Below the pieces are notes generated by a model, which saw nothing but the letters and a program-made list of their open reading frames with translations, did no database searches and was not told where the DNA came from. Positions 49,155-59,844 of a DNA stretch of 64,000 bases are shown here, piece after piece (position 1 is the stretch's first letter; the number at the start of each line of letters is the position of its first letter). Position numbers and translations under genes: made by a program. Location: contig CAZIJW010000016.1 in assembly GCA_964539905.1 (NCBI GenBank), positions 606 to 64,605 on the forward strand, written 5' to 3'. Origin of the DNA: an uncultured Robiginitalea sp. (GTDB taxonomy: Bacteria > Bacteroidota > Bacteroidia > Flavobacteriales > Flavobacteriaceae).

Positions 49155-51440
49155 ATGAAGCCAACTACTGCCGTCCTTACTTTTCTGGGGTTCCTCGGCC
49201 TCACCTACTGGGCCTTCCTGGCTGCCACGCCCCCCTATGCCCCCGATTCCGGCCTCCCGGAAACAGAATTTTCCACCGACCGGGCCATGGAGCACGTCAG
49301 GAGCATTTCCACCCGGCCCCATGGGGTCGGCTTCCCGGCCCACAGCGAGGTACGACGGTATCTGGTGGATGAATTGAAAGCCATGGGCCTGGAAGCCGAA
49401 ATCCAAAGCGGTTATACCGCGGGGGACTGGGGAAACCTCAGCAAGGCCGTGAACATTCTGGCGCGGATTCCCGGGACGCAAAAGGGCAAAGCCCTGGTCC
49501 TCCTCTCCCACTACGACAGCAGCCCGCATTCCTCCTTTGGGGCCAGCGACGCGGGCAGCGGGGTAGCGACCATCCTGGAAGGGGTACGGGCCTTTCTCGC
49601 CCGGGGCAATGCCCCCCGAAACGATATCATCATCCTCTTTACCGATGCGGAGGAACTGGGCCTGAACGGGGCCGACCTCTTCGTTAACCAACACCCCTGG
49701 ATCAGGGACGCGGGGCTGGTCCTGAACTTTGAAGCCCGCGGCAGCGGGGGTGCCTCCTACATGCTGATCGAAACCAACCGGGGCAATGCCAAACTGATCG
49801 AGGCCTTCTCCGAAGCCGACCCCCCCTATCCGGTGGCGAATTCCCTGGCCTACAGCATCTACAAAATGCTGCCCAACGACACCGACCTCACCGTTTTCCG
49901 CGAAGACGCCGATATCGAAGGCTTCAATTTTGCCTTTATCGACGACCATTACGACTACCACACCGCCCTGGACCGGGCCGACCGCCTCGACCCGGGCACC
50001 CTGGCCCACCAGGGATCGTACCTGATGCCGCTGCTGGCGTATTTCGCCGGGGCAGACCTGTCGGCCCTGAAAAGCCTGGACGACCGCATCTATTTCAATG
50101 TGCCCATGTTCGGGCTGGTTTCCTATCCCTTCGAATGGATCTGGCCCCTGATGGCCACTGCGGCACTCCTGTTCCTCTTCGTACTCGGGTATGGTTTCAG
50201 GAACGGTAAATTGCGCCTGAAAGGGGTCGCCGCGGGCTTTGCCCCCCTCGTGCTTATCCTGGCCCTGAACGGCCTGGCCGGATATTTCGCCTGGCCACTC
50301 CTGAAAACCCTTTACCCGGCCTATGCCGATATGCTCCACGGCTTCACCTACAACGGCCACCTTTATATCGCTGCCTGGAGCAGCCTGGCCCTGGCGGTTT
50401 GTTTCTGGGCCTATTCCCTGTTCCGGAAAATCCCGCTACGCGACCTCCTGGTCGCCCCCGTGCTGTTTACCCTGCTGCTGTGTGCAGGGCTGGGCGCATA
50501 TTTGCCCGGGGCTGCCTTTTTCCTTGTCCCGGCATTCGGCCTGCTGCTCGGGTGGATGATCCTGGTCTCACAGGACCGTCCCAACCCCTACCTGCTGGCC
50601 TTCCTGGGGATACCCGCCCTGTGGGTGTTCGCGCCCTTTGTAAAGATGCTGCCTGTGGGCCTGGGCCTGAAAATGATGGTAGGCGGTACGCTCATGTGCT
50701 CCCTGATTTTCTTCCTGTTGCTCCCGACCCTGGGGGCCTATCCGAAAAAAAGGAATTTTGCCATGGCCTGGGGCGCCGCCTTCCTGGCCCTGATGCTGGG
50801 AGCCCACCTAAAGAGCCGTTTCACGCCGGACACCCCCAAACCCTCCAGCCTGCTCTACGTCAAAGACCTCGACCAAAACAGGGCCCACTGGGCCACCTAT
50901 GAAAAGGTGCCTTCGGAATGGACCCGCGCCTACCTCGGGGCCACCCCCGGGCCACCAGATCCCCTGGAGGTGGGTACGCTGAGCAGCAAATACGGCACCG
51001 GGTTTTCCTTTGTGGGCCAGGCCCCTTTGAAACCGGTTCCGGCACCTGAGATTACGGTCCTTTCGGATACCCTCCTGGGCGACCAACGGGTCATTGACCT
51101 GCGGGTCGAACCCCGGAGGGATGTGAACCGGCTGGAGGTTTTTACGGGCAATACCCCCCTGACGGCCGCTGCGGTAAATGGGATTCCCCTTTCGGAATTC
51201 TACCTCAAAAACCGGCGCGGGGGGAAGCTGGTGACCCACTACATCAGCGAGAATGACCCTACGCAGCTCCGGTTGGAATTCCCCTCCCGGGAGCCCCTGG
51301 AGCTTACCTTGTATGAAGCTTCCAACGACTTGCTGGAAAACCCGCTTTTCAGCGTCCCTGCCCGACCGGCGGATAACCTCCCCATGCCCTTTGTGCTCAA
51401 TGATGCGGTCCTGCTGATCAAAAAAGTGCGGTTTGACTGA
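49155..51440 (+). CDS. Membrane-embedded M28 peptidase (ERMP1-like)
   Basis: LSHYDS, GASDAGSGV, DAEELGL, NFEARG, NDTD, DYHT, followed by multiple TM helices. Confidence 0.88.
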   Translation: MKPTTAVLTFLGFLGLTYWAFLAATPPYAPDSGLPETEFSTDRAMEHVRSISTRPHGVGFPAHSEVRRYLVDELKAMGLEAEIQSGYTAGDWGNLSKAVNILARIPGTQKGKALVLLSHYDSSPHSSFGASDAGSGVATILEGVRAFLARGNAPRNDIIILFTDAEELGLNGADLFVNQHPWIRDAGLVLNFEARGSGGASYMLIETNRGNAKLIEAFSEADPPYPVANSLAYSIYKMLPNDTDLTVFREDADIEGFNFAFIDDHYDYHTALDRADRLDPGTLAHQGSYLMPLLAYFAGADLSALKSLDDRIYFNVPMFGLVSYPFEWIWPLMATAALLFLFVLGYGFRNGKLRLKGVAAGFAPLVLILALNGLAGYFAWPLLKTLYPAYADMLHGFTYNGHLYIAAWSSLALAVCFWAYSLFRKIPLRDLLVAPVLFTLLLCAGLGAYLPGAAFFLVPAFGLLLGWMILVSQDRPNPYLLAFLGIPALWVFAPFVKMLPVGLGLKMMVGGTLMCSLIFFLLLPTLGAYPKKRNFAMAWGAAFLALMLGAHLKSRFTPDTPKPSSLLYVKDLDQNRAHWATYEKVPSEWTRAYLGATPGPPDPLEVGTLSSKYGTGFSFVGQAPLKPVPAPEITVLSDTLLGDQRVIDLRVEPRRDVNRLEVFTGNTPLTAAAVNGIPLSEFYLKNRRGGKLVTHYISENDPTQLRLEFPSREPLELTLYEASNDLLENPLFSVPARPADNLPMPFVLNDAVLLIKKVRFD

Positions 51441-52278
51441 GCCGGTAGGCATCCTGGGATGCGGCTGGCTGGGAACCCCGCTGGCGACAAGGCTTTTACG
51501 GCAGGGCTTCCCCGTGCGGGGCACGACCACCCAAGGGGAAAAAGTTCCTTCCCTTAAGGCGCTGGGTATAGAAGCGTATCGGCTGGTCGTCGGTGAAAAA
51601 GGGATTGAAGGCCCTGTAGAGGCCTTCCTGAAGGGGCTCCACTGCCTGGTCGTGGACATCCCGCCCGGCCTCAGGGCAGACCCGGGAAGCGATTTTACCT
51701 CCAGGGCGTCCGTGTTACAGCGGGCCCTGTCGGAATACGGGGTCCCGCACCTGGTCTTCGTGAGCAGCACCTCGGTCTTCGGGCAGGGGCAGGGGGAAGT
51801 CAGCGAAGCCGATGAAGCAATCCCCGACACGGAAAGCGGCCGCCAGTTGCTGGAAGCGGAACACCTGTTCCTGTCGGACCCCAACCGGCTGACCCAGGTG
51901 GTGCGACCGGGGGGGCTACTGGGACCGGACCGCCACCCGGTTCGGGTGCTGAGCGGCAGGGAATTCCAGGCGGGGGGCAACCAGCGGGTAAACCTCATCC
52001 GGCGCGAAGACCTCATTGAAGCCCTGACAGCCCTCATATCCGGCGCATTCCCTCCCGGAATCTACCATGCGGTATACCCCGAATACCCTGCCAAGAGGGT
52101 TTATTACACCCGGGAGGCGCATGCCCTGGGGGTGACGCCCCCCCTATATGCCGGGCCCCCCGGGCCTCCCACGGGCAAACAGGTGCTGAGCACCCGGTTT
52201 GCAGGGTACGGCATCCGCTTTACCCGTTCGATTTATTCAGAATTGCGGGACGCTCCACCCGCAGCGGTCGGCGATTAG
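51433..52278 (+). CDS. NAD(P)-dependent epimerase/atypical SDR (YeeZ-like)
   Basis: GILGCGWLG, FVSSTSVFG, RPGGL.GPDRHP. Confidence 0.82.
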   Translation: MTEPVGILGCGWLGTPLATRLLRQGFPVRGTTTQGEKVPSLKALGIEAYRLVVGEKGIEGPVEAFLKGLHCLVVDIPPGLRADPGSDFTSRASVLQRALSEYGVPHLVFVSSTSVFGQGQGEVSEADEAIPDTESGRQLLEAEHLFLSDPNRLTQVVRPGGLLGPDRHPVRVLSGREFQAGGNQRVNLIRREDLIEALTALISGAFPPGIYHAVYPEYPAKRVYYTREAHALGVTPPLYAGPPGPPTGKQVLSTRFAGYGIRFTRSIYSELRDAPPAAVGD

Positions 52279-52314
52279 CCCGGGGGCAGGGGCCCTGCCT
52301 GCCAAAAAAAAATG

Positions 52315-52322
52315 TAGCTTTG
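52315..52322 (+). promoter_or_regulatory. -7 element (TAGCTTTG)
   Basis: Exact consensus 21 nt before ATG 52344. Confidence 0.6.
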
Positions 52323-52343
52323 TCCTCCAAAAGCAAAATACCC

Positions 52344-53045
52344 ATGAAGAAGTTCCTCGTGATCCTTTTCGGCGCGCTAAGCCTTGGCGCCCAGGCCCAG
52401 AGCAAGGCAGACCTGCTCAGCCACTACCAGGACTATTACCGGCAAATGCGCCTTCAGGGCGATGTGCAGGGGGTCATCAACGCTTTGACCCACCTGAACC
52501 TTCTGGACCCCTCCCAGGCAAGGCTCGATACCCTCGCCTACGTCTATACGAACAACAACCAGCACATGCAGGCCCTCAATACAATCGGCATTGAGCGCAA
52601 CCCTGAAGATTCCGACCTGGCCCTGCAGGTCAAGGCGGTTTCCCTAAAGGCCCTCAACCAGCCCAGGCGTGCCCTGGAGCAGTTCCAGCTGATGTATGAA
52701 CGGGCCAGAAACCCCTATCTGGCCTATGAAATTGCCGACCTGAAAATACAGGTTGGGGATAGCCCCGGGTCGTTGTCGGAAATAGAATACGGGATTTCGA
52801 ATGCCACAGACGAGATGAAATACGCCTTTTACGAAAGGCAACAACCTTATGAAGTGCCCCTGAAAGCGGCCTTTGTGCACCTGAAGGGCCTGGCGCAGTT
52901 CAACATGGACAAAAACAACATCGACCAGGCCATTGCCAGTTTTGATGAGGCCCTGGCCATGGCGCCGAATTTCAACCTGGCCAGCCTCAGCAAACAGGCG
53001 CTGGAATCGCGCAGGGAAACCCCGGAAGAACCCAAACAGGAATAG
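52344..53045 (+). CDS. Secreted TPR-like hypothetical protein
   Basis: Signal peptide MKKFLVILFGALSLGAQA; helical TPR-like repeats. Confidence 0.7.
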   Translation: MKKFLVILFGALSLGAQAQSKADLLSHYQDYYRQMRLQGDVQGVINALTHLNLLDPSQARLDTLAYVYTNNNQHMQALNTIGIERNPEDSDLALQVKAVSLKALNQPRRALEQFQLMYERARNPYLAYEIADLKIQVGDSPGSLSEIEYGISNATDEMKYAFYERQQPYEVPLKAAFVHLKGLAQFNMDKNNIDQAIASFDEALAMAPNFNLASLSKQALESRRETPEEPKQE

Positions 53046-53074
53046 GTATAAATGGGCCTTCGCCCACGGTAACC

Positions 53075-54667
53075 CTATTGGGCCATCCGTTCCAGAAGGT
53101 CCCTGAACCCGAGGGCCACCCCGTTGGTCCAGCCAAATCCATCCTGGGTGGGATACTCCCCTCCCCCGGAAGCGAGGTTGATGTCTACCACGTTGTATTT
53201 TTCCATCATCTTGCCTTCCTCCAGGTAGACCCGTTCGTTTAAGGCCAGCCACCGCTGCATGATTTCACGGGCTTCCTCCTCAAACCCGTAGCGGAGCAGC
53301 CCCTGAACCCCCATCCATTGGAGCGGAGCCCACCCGTTGGGCGCGTCCCATTGTTGGCCCGTGACCCGTAGGGTGGTCACCAGGCCGCCGGGTTTCAGGA
53401 AATCCGCCATGAGGCGGTCCCGCACTTTTTGGGCCTGTTCTGTAGTGGCCAACCCAAAGGCCAGGGGAAATACCCCAGCCAGGGTAGCTTCCCCGCAGCG
53501 GCTGTTGCTGACAAAATTGAAATCCTTGTAAAACCCTTCCCCGGGGTCCCACATCAGGGTATTGATCGCTTTTTTGCGGCTGGCCGCCCGGTTTTGCATC
53601 CGGGTGGCTGCCTCCTGCTCCCCCTGACGGGAATACCCCGCTGCCAGCTGCATTTCCATAAAATACAGGAGGACGTTCAGGTCTAACGGCAATACATGGG
53701 TGGTCTGGGTAGAGGCAAATTCCCCTTCCCGCGCATACCACCGGCTGCTGAAATCCCAGCCGGAAGAGGCCGCTGCCCTGAGGTTTTTATACAACTCCCT
53801 TTTGCTTTCTTCACCTTCCAGGCCTTCCGCCAGGTGGATGTCTTCCCTGTATGACTCGGGCCTGGGGGTTTCGGCGCTGTCCCAGTACCGGTTCATGACC
53901 CAGTCCTCACCAATTTTTGCCACCCGCTTGGTTGCCCCCCCCGGCGCCAGGAGGTCCTCCCCTTCCATCCAGTACTGGTATTCCTTTTCGATCTGTGTGA
54001 AATACCGCGTCTGGAAGCTGCTGTCCCGCTCCGCCAACAGGGATACCATCATGGCGAAAAAGGGCGGCTGGGAACGGGTAAGGTAATAATCCCTGGTCCC
54101 GTTCGGAATAAAACCGAGGGAGTCGATCAGATGGCCAAAATTGGCCAGCATGTCCGAGGCAATATCCATACGGCCGTCGGCCAACAGGCCGATCATGGTA
54201 AAGTAGCTGTCCCAGTAATAGATTTCCTTGAACCTCCCCCCCGGCACAATATACGGGTAGGGCAGTGGGATCCTCGAAGAATGGGGGTTCAACGTATCCC
54301 GGACCCGCATGAGGACCGGCCAGGTAGCCCTGATATGGCTGTACATGTCGAGGCTTTGGTCGCTCACGTAGGCGGACGACCCCCCGAAGGGATCCGAAAA
54401 ATGTTCCGCCACGAATTCTTCCAGGTCAAAACCTGCCCTCCCCCGATCTTCCAGGTATTGCCGTTCCAATTCAGCGAAGGGGAGGTCCCGGTCCAGGTCG
54501 ACAAAGGTCTTGGAATCCGGGAACAGGCCTTCCATCTGAACGGCCTTGAAAAGCTCGGTCTCGTAAAAGGAATCGGCCGTCACCGCAACTTCCGGGGTCT
54601 TGCCGCACTGGCTGATCAGCAGGGCGCCGAACAGCAACATGAAGAGAATTCCCTTTCTGTTCATCAA
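53075..54667 (-). CDS. Trehalase (GH37), predicted lipoprotein
   Basis: DSKTFVD, VPGGRFKEIYYWDSYF, RSQPP, PRPESY, ASSGWDFSSRW, QWDAPNGWAP, GFGWTNG. Confidence 0.94.
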   Translation of the reverse strand: MMNRKGILFMLLFGALLISQCGKTPEVAVTADSFYETELFKAVQMEGLFPDSKTFVDLDRDLPFAELERQYLEDRGRAGFDLEEFVAEHFSDPFGGSSAYVSDQSLDMYSHIRATWPVLMRVRDTLNPHSSRIPLPYPYIVPGGRFKEIYYWDSYFTMIGLLADGRMDIASDMLANFGHLIDSLGFIPNGTRDYYLTRSQPPFFAMMVSLLAERDSSFQTRYFTQIEKEYQYWMEGEDLLAPGGATKRVAKIGEDWVMNRYWDSAETPRPESYREDIHLAEGLEGEESKRELYKNLRAAASSGWDFSSRWYAREGEFASTQTTHVLPLDLNVLLYFMEMQLAAGYSRQGEQEAATRMQNRAASRKKAINTLMWDPGEGFYKDFNFVSNSRCGEATLAGVFPLAFGLATTEQAQKVRDRLMADFLKPGGLVTTLRVTGQQWDAPNGWAPLQWMGVQGLLRYGFEEEAREIMQRWLALNERVYLEEGKMMEKYNVVDINLASGGGEYPTQDGFGWTNGVALGFRDLLERMAQ

Positions 54668-54686
54668 CTGTGGTATTTAGCTCAGG

Positions 54687-55196
54687 TTAATTCGGTCCCC
54701 CTAAAAGTAATGATCTTTTTAAAACACTGTCCTGTTCCTTCTTCAGGGCGATCACCCCCTGAACCGTCTCATTGGGGATGGCAATGGAAAGCACATAGTG
54801 CGCTATTTTCCACTCCCCCCCTTCCTGTACCAGCACCCCTGAACCGCGGCAAAGCTGCATCCACGTATCCAGGAGTTCATCGAACCAGGCCACCTGCCCC
54901 CCGGCGTCCACGAAGATGTGGCGCTGAACCGGGGTAAAGGACCAGGCCTTCCCCTGTTCAAAATACGGCCTGGAAAAGGCCATAAAGGCATCCTTCCCCC
55001 AATGTTCCGTGGCATCGGTGCCCACAAAAACGGCTGACGGGGCCATTTTTTCGAAGTAGGCATCAAAATCGGCACGTGCAGCCGCTTCATGCCAGCTATC
55101 CAAAAGGAGCCGGATGCGGTCTTCTTCGGTCTGCTGGGCCATCAGCAGGGCCCCCTGCAGCAGGCAAAGGGCAATAAGCCATCTATTCCGTTTCAA
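54687..55196 (-). CDS. NTF2/SnoaL-like domain protein
   Basis: LLDSWHEAAA.ADF..YF, FVGTDATEHW, AWFDELL, WKIAHYVLS. Confidence 0.82.
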   Translation of the reverse strand: MKRNRWLIALCLLQGALLMAQQTEEDRIRLLLDSWHEAAARADFDAYFEKMAPSAVFVGTDATEHWGKDAFMAFSRPYFEQGKAWSFTPVQRHIFVDAGGQVAWFDELLDTWMQLCRGSGVLVQEGGEWKIAHYVLSIAIPNETVQGVIALKKEQDSVLKRSLLLGGPN

Positions 55197-55677
55197 ATAA
55201 CTCTGGTTTTAGGGTACTGTTGACAATGAGGTTGAATTGTTCCCTGAGGGCATTGTAGGCCTCCATGAGTTCCAAAAGGGGTTCCCCGTAGTCCTCGCGA
55301 TACCCTAACGCCGCATCGGATTTGCCGATATAGGTGCGTACAACCTTGAGCCTGCTGCGGACCGAAGGCCGTTCAAATTCCGTGGGGATTGCATTTTCCT
55401 CCACCTGCTGGCAGATCTGGTTCAACTCTTCCAGCAACAGCTGCAGCTCTTCGCGGCTGCCGGTATCCGGGAGGGCGGCTATCCGCTCCTCCAGGGAAAG
55501 GAACTGGGGCCACGCTTCCAGGACCGCCCGGGCCCCGGCGTTAATGGGCGCCGGGGCGGGAAGCTCCGGAATGCCGGACCATGCCGCTGTTTCTGCCGGC
55601 TCCTTATCTTTGTTTTCCGGAGAACCACACCCCAGGGCCAGCATGGCAAGGCCCATTACCATAAAGAAATTCCGCAT
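55183..55677 (-). CDS. Hypothetical lipoprotein
   Basis: Lipobox LALGC after MRNFFMVMGLAML; helical body. Confidence 0.65.
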   Translation of the reverse strand: MRNFFMVMGLAMLALGCGSPENKDKEPAETAAWSGIPELPAPAPINAGARAVLEAWPQFLSLEERIAALPDTGSREELQLLLEELNQICQQVEENAIPTEFERPSVRSRLKVVRTYIGKSDAALGYREDYGEPLLELMEAYNALREQFNLIVNSTLKPELFETE

Positions 55678-55742
55678 AGGGCGAATGTACAAATTTTGAG
55701 AACAGCTATCTTTACCACCCCTGTCGTTAAAAGCGCTTTTGT

Positions 55743-56690
55743 ATGCCAAAAAAAATATTGATCCTGGGAGCCTGCGGGCAGATCGGGACCGAGTTGACGC
55801 TCGCCCTGCGCGCCCGCTACGGGGCGGAATCCGTTATCGCCACGGACCTCAGGGAAGGGCAGGGGGAATTAATGGCCTCCGGCCCGTTTTCGCTCCTGGA
55901 TGCCACGGATTTCAAGGCGGTGGAAAAAATCATTCAGGACCATAAGGTGGAGGAGGTTTACCTTATGGCCGCCATGCTGAGCGCCACAGCCGAGCAATCC
56001 CCCTCCAAAGCATGGGAACTCAACATGAATTCCCTCTTCCATGTGCTGGAACTCGCCAGGCAGCAGCAATTCGGAAAACTCTTCTGGCCTTCGAGCATTG
56101 CAGTCTTTGGCCCCACCACCCCTAAGGACAATACCCCCCAGCACACCATTGCCGAACCCACCACAGTTTACGGGATCAGCAAACTGGCGGGGGAAGGGTG
56201 GTGTTCCTACTACCACCGAAAACACGGCGTGGATGTGCGGAGCCTGCGCTATCCGGGGCTGATCAGCTGGAAGGCTGAACCGGGAGGGGGCACCACCGAC
56301 TACGCCGTCGAAATCTACCACGAGGCCCTCGCCAGGGGGCAATACGAATGTTTCCTCCGGGAGGATACCCGGCTGCCCATGATGTATATGGAGGATGCCA
56401 TCCGCGCCACGCTGGAACTGATGGAAGCCCCTTCTGATCAGGTAACCATCCGCAACTCCTACAACCTGGGGGCCATGAGCTTCACCCCGGCAGAGATGGC
56501 CGAAAGCATCAGGGAGCACCTTCCCGGTTTTCGCATCGGGTATAAGCCCGACTTCCGCCAGGAAATTGCAGCATCCTGGCCCGAGCGCATCGACGACAGC
56601 AAGGCCAGGGAAGACTGGGGCTGGGAACCCCGCTACACCCTGCAGGACACCACCCGTGAAATGCTCACCCGGCTACGGGATCGCCTCTAA
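55743..56690 (+). CDS. L-threonine 3-dehydrogenase (SDR/GalE-like type)
   Basis: [37 protein letters not shown]. Confidence 0.85.
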   Translation: MPKKILILGACGQIGTELTLALRARYGAESVIATDLREGQGELMASGPFSLLDATDFKAVEKIIQDHKVEEVYLMAAMLSATAEQSPSKAWELNMNSLFHVLELARQQQFGKLFWPSSIAVFGPTTPKDNTPQHTIAEPTTVYGISKLAGEGWCSYYHRKHGVDVRSLRYPGLISWKAEPGGGTTDYAVEIYHEALARGQYECFLREDTRLPMMYMEDAIRATLELMEAPSDQVTIRNSYNLGAMSFTPAEMAESIREHLPGFRIGYKPDFRQEIAASWPERIDDSKAREDWGWEPRYTLQDTTREMLTRLRDRL

Positions 56691-58075
56691 AGCTCGATCG
56701 CCTTTTTGGGGTGGTATTTCAGTTTTTTCTCGATGGTGGTAATCATGGTATTGGCGATATCCTTGCCGGTGGCATTCTCGATTCCCTCCAGGCCCGGTGA
56801 AGAATTGACCTCCAGCAGCAAGGGGCCCCTGTTGGAGCGGATGATATCGACCCCGGCCACGGAAAGGTTCAGCACCTTGGCCGCCTTGATGGCGAGCTTG
56901 CGCTCCTCTGAAGTAATCTTTACCATGGAGGCCCTGCCCCCCTGATGGATATTTGCCCTGAATTCGCCTTTTTCGGCCTGGCGCTGCATGCTGGCCACTA
57001 CCTTGCCGTCGATCACAAAGCAGCGGATATCCTGGCCGTTCGCCTCCTTGATGAACTCCTGGACCAGGATGTTGGTCTGCACACTTTTAAAGGCGTTGAT
57101 AACGCTCTCGGCTGCCTTGTTCGTCTCGGCGAGTACCACGCCTTTCCCCTGGGTACTCTCCAGCAATTTGATGATCAGGGGGGCCCCGTTCACCATTTTG
57201 ATCAGGTCCCTGGTATCGTTGGGCGATTTGGCAAACCCGGTAATGGGGATATGGATGTCGTGGCGGGCAAACAACTGGGAAGCGAAGAGCTTGTCGCGCG
57301 ACTGGGTGATGGCCTCCGCCGAATTAAGGCAATACACCCCAAGGTAGTCGAACTGCCGGATAAGGGCACAGCCGTAAAACGTCACCGAGGGCCGGATCCT
57401 GGGGATGATGGCGTCGAATTCATTGAGGATGTTCCCACCGCGGTAGCGGATTTCAGGGGAATTGGCATCCAGTTTCATATAGGCCAGTTCCACATTGAGG
57501 AAGACGATCTCGTGGCCCCGGTCCTGGGCGGCTTCCATAATCCGCCGGTTGCTGTACAGGTGGGGGTTGCTCGCCAGCAAGGCAATTTTCAACCCCGATT
57601 TCTTGTGGATGTAGGATGCATAAAGTTGCTCCAGCCTGTCGGCAGTGAAATCCCCGGCCAGCAGGTTTTGCCCGGGGTCGACCAGATAACGCCCCGAGAG
57701 GGCTTCCCGCCCCAGGAGCATGCGGAACTCCATGGTGTCGCGGCTGGCCAGGGTAAGTTCGATATCAAATTTGTCGGGCCCAAGCCTTACCGGGGTTTTG
57801 ACCACCAGCCGCTCTTCGGAGATCCCCGAGGAACTCTTTACGATCCGCCGGTCGATCAGCCGGGCTTCGCAATGGACGGTAATACTGCGGTTTTCCTGTA
57901 GGGGGTGGACGTCAAACTGCACCCATTCCTCCCCATGCCGCATCACGATCTTGGTGTTGGCCGCCTGGATGGAAGAGGTCTTGGCTCCGGAATCGACCCG
58001 CGCCTTGATGGCAGGGATACCCATTTCTTCGAACACGCACCATTCCTCGCTCCCAAGTAGTTTTTGTTCCTTCAT
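56687..58075 (-). CDS. rimK: RimK ATP-grasp glutamate ligase fused to an N-terminal retropepsin-like (RimB-like) protease domain
   Basis: N-terminal [24 protein letters not shown]; Rim[48 protein letters not shown]. Confidence 0.9.
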   Translation of the reverse strand: MKEQKLLGSEEWCVFEEMGIPAIKARVDSGAKTSSIQAANTKIVMRHGEEWVQFDVHPLQENRSITVHCEARLIDRRIVKSSSGISEERLVVKTPVRLGPDKFDIELTLASRDTMEFRMLLGREALSGRYLVDPGQNLLAGDFTADRLEQLYASYIHKKSGLKIALLASNPHLYSNRRIMEAAQDRGHEIVFLNVELAYMKLDANSPEIRYRGGNILNEFDAIIPRIRPSVTFYGCALIRQFDYLGVYCLNSAEAITQSRDKLFASQLFARHDIHIPITGFAKSPNDTRDLIKMVNGAPLIIKLLESTQGKGVVLAETNKAAESVINAFKSVQTNILVQEFIKEANGQDIRCFVIDGKVVASMQRQAEKGEFRANIHQGGRASMVKITSEERKLAIKAAKVLNLSVAGVDIIRSNRGPLLLEVNSSPGLEGIENATGKDIANTMITTIEKKLKYHPKKAIEL

Positions 58076-58123
58076 CTTCGGTTAATTTGGGGTTGTCAGG
58101 GGATCAGGCATGTTGTAAAAGGC

Positions 58124-58549
58124 TTATTCCTCAACGGCCCGAAACGTATCGCCGGGGTCCAGAAAGTGTTTGAACTCCACCATGTACCCGTTCGGGTCTT
58201 CCACAAAAAAGGAGCGATGGGCCCCGGGTTTTCCCGAAAGGAACAGGCTGTTTACAGGAAGTTCCAGGGAAAGGCCTTGCAGCCGGCCCAGGAGGGATTC
58301 CCAGTCGGTACTGCCTACCAGGACCCCGAAGTGGAACGCCGGCAAAACTGCCTCTTCAAACTTGTACGATTTGTACTGGAAGCTGAATACGCCGCTTTTG
58401 GTAAAGGTAATCTGGTTCCCATACAGGTTGATGTCCACCCATTGGGTGGTGCTCCTTCCCACCGAGGCCCCCAGGGTTCCCGTGTAGAAGGCGTGGGTGG
58501 CGGAAACGCTGATACAGGGCAGGGACAAATGAAAAGGGGCCTGTTGCAT
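58124..58549 (-). CDS. VOC/glyoxalase family protein
   Basis: FHLSLP, FYTGTLG, FHFG, FFVEDPNGYMVEFK. Confidence 0.85.
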   Translation of the reverse strand: MQQAPFHLSLPCISVSATHAFYTGTLGASVGRSTTQWVDINLYGNQITFTKSGVFSFQYKSYKFEEAVLPAFHFGVLVGSTDWESLLGRLQGLSLELPVNSLFLSGKPGAHRSFFVEDPNGYMVEFKHFLDPGDTFRAVEE

Positions 58550-58567
58550 GGCGAAAAGAATTAAAGG

Positions 58568-58867
58568 TTATTCTTCGTCCTCGTCCATCTCTATGTCGGG
58601 GATGGCGGTGGGGTCATCTGAGTCGTAATCTTCATAGTCCTCTTCATCGTAATTGGCCATGGTTTTTTCCAGTTTGGCACTGATTTTCACCAGGTATTTG
58701 GTGTCGTCGGTGGAAACCTCGACCGCCTCGATGAGTTCCCCCTGAGCATTCCTGAACGTAATGATGTGGCCATCGTCATAGCCGTCGGGATACCGCTCCA
58801 CGAGGAGCTTGAGCACCTCCGGGGTAAGTTTTCTAAAGTCCACGATAACGCGCCTCAGGTTGTCCAT
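58568..58867 (-). CDS. Small acidic hypothetical protein ending ...DEDEE
   Basis: RVIVDFRKLT..L.LL..RYPDGY globular part plus D/E-rich tail; starts 2 nt after the DHS stop. Confidence 0.75.
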   Translation of the reverse strand: MDNLRRVIVDFRKLTPEVLKLLVERYPDGYDDGHIITFRNAQGELIEAVEVSTDDTKYLVKISAKLEKTMANYDEEDYEDYDSDDPTAIPDIEMDEDEE

Positions 58868-58869
58868 GA

Positions 58870-59844
58870 TTACAGGTTTAAAAGATACGCAAAAATTAAT
58901 GGGGCAACAATGGTGGCATCGCTTTCAATGATGAACTTGGGCGTATCTATCCCCAGTTTGCCCCAGGTGATTTTTTCATTCGGAACGGCCCCCGAATAGG
59001 AACCAAAACTGGTGGTACTGTCGCTGATCTGGCAAAAATAGCTCCAGAAAGGGGTGTCGGTGCGTTCCAGGTCCTGATAGAGCATAGGCACCACGCAGAT
59101 GGGGAAATCGCCGGCAATGCCCCCGCCGATCTGGAAAAACCCGATGCCCTTGCCGGAATTTTCGGTATACCAGTCGGCCAGGTAGGTCATGTACTCAATC
59201 CCTGATTTCATCGTCTGGGCCGAGAGTTCCCCTTTGATGACGTAGGAGGCGAAGATGTTTCCCATGGTGCTGTCTTCCCAGCCCGGGCAAACCAGGGGCA
59301 GGTTTTTTTCGGCCGCAGCATACATCCAGGAATCCCGGATATCGATCTCGTAATACTCCTCCAGCACCCCGGAAAGCAGCATTTTGTACATGAATTCATG
59401 CGGGAAATAGCGCTCCCCGGCGGCTTCGGCCTCTTTCCAGAGCCGGAAGATATGTTTCTGCAGGCGACGGAAGGCCTCCTCCTCGGGGATGCAGGTGTCC
59501 GTCACACGGTTCAGGCCGCTTTCCAGCAGGTCCCACTCATCCTGGGGGGTGAGGTCCCGGTAGTTGGGCACCCGTTTGTAATGCGAGTGGGCGACCAGGT
59601 TCATGATATCTTCCTCCAGGTTCGCCCCCGTACAGGAAATGATATGCACCTTGTCTTGCCGGATGATCTCGGCAAAAATCTTCCCCAGCTCGGCAGTACT
59701 CATGGCCCCGGCAAGGCTCACCAGCATTTTGGAACCCTGCTCCAGCTGGGCTTCGTACCCCCTGGCTGCATCCACCAGGGCCGCTGCATTGAAGTGTTTG
59801 TAATACTTGGCAATAAAATTGGATATCGGTCCTTTAGAGCTCAT
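58870..59844 (-). CDS. Deoxyhypusine synthase-like protein (probable homospermidine synthase)
   Basis: LAGAMSTAELG, CTGANLEED, NRVTDT, GGGIAGDF, SYSGAVPNEKITWGK, SDAT. Confidence 0.88.
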   Translation of the reverse strand: MSSKGPISNFIAKYYKHFNAAALVDAARGYEAQLEQGSKMLVSLAGAMSTAELGKIFAEIIRQDKVHIISCTGANLEEDIMNLVAHSHYKRVPNYRDLTPQDEWDLLESGLNRVTDTCIPEEEAFRRLQKHIFRLWKEAEAAGERYFPHEFMYKMLLSGVLEEYYEIDIRDSWMYAAAEKNLPLVCPGWEDSTMGNIFASYVIKGELSAQTMKSGIEYMTYLADWYTENSGKGIGFFQIGGGIAGDFPICVVPMLYQDLERTDTPFWSYFCQISDSTTSFGSYSGAVPNEKITWGKLGIDTPKFIIESDATIVAPLIFAYLLNL

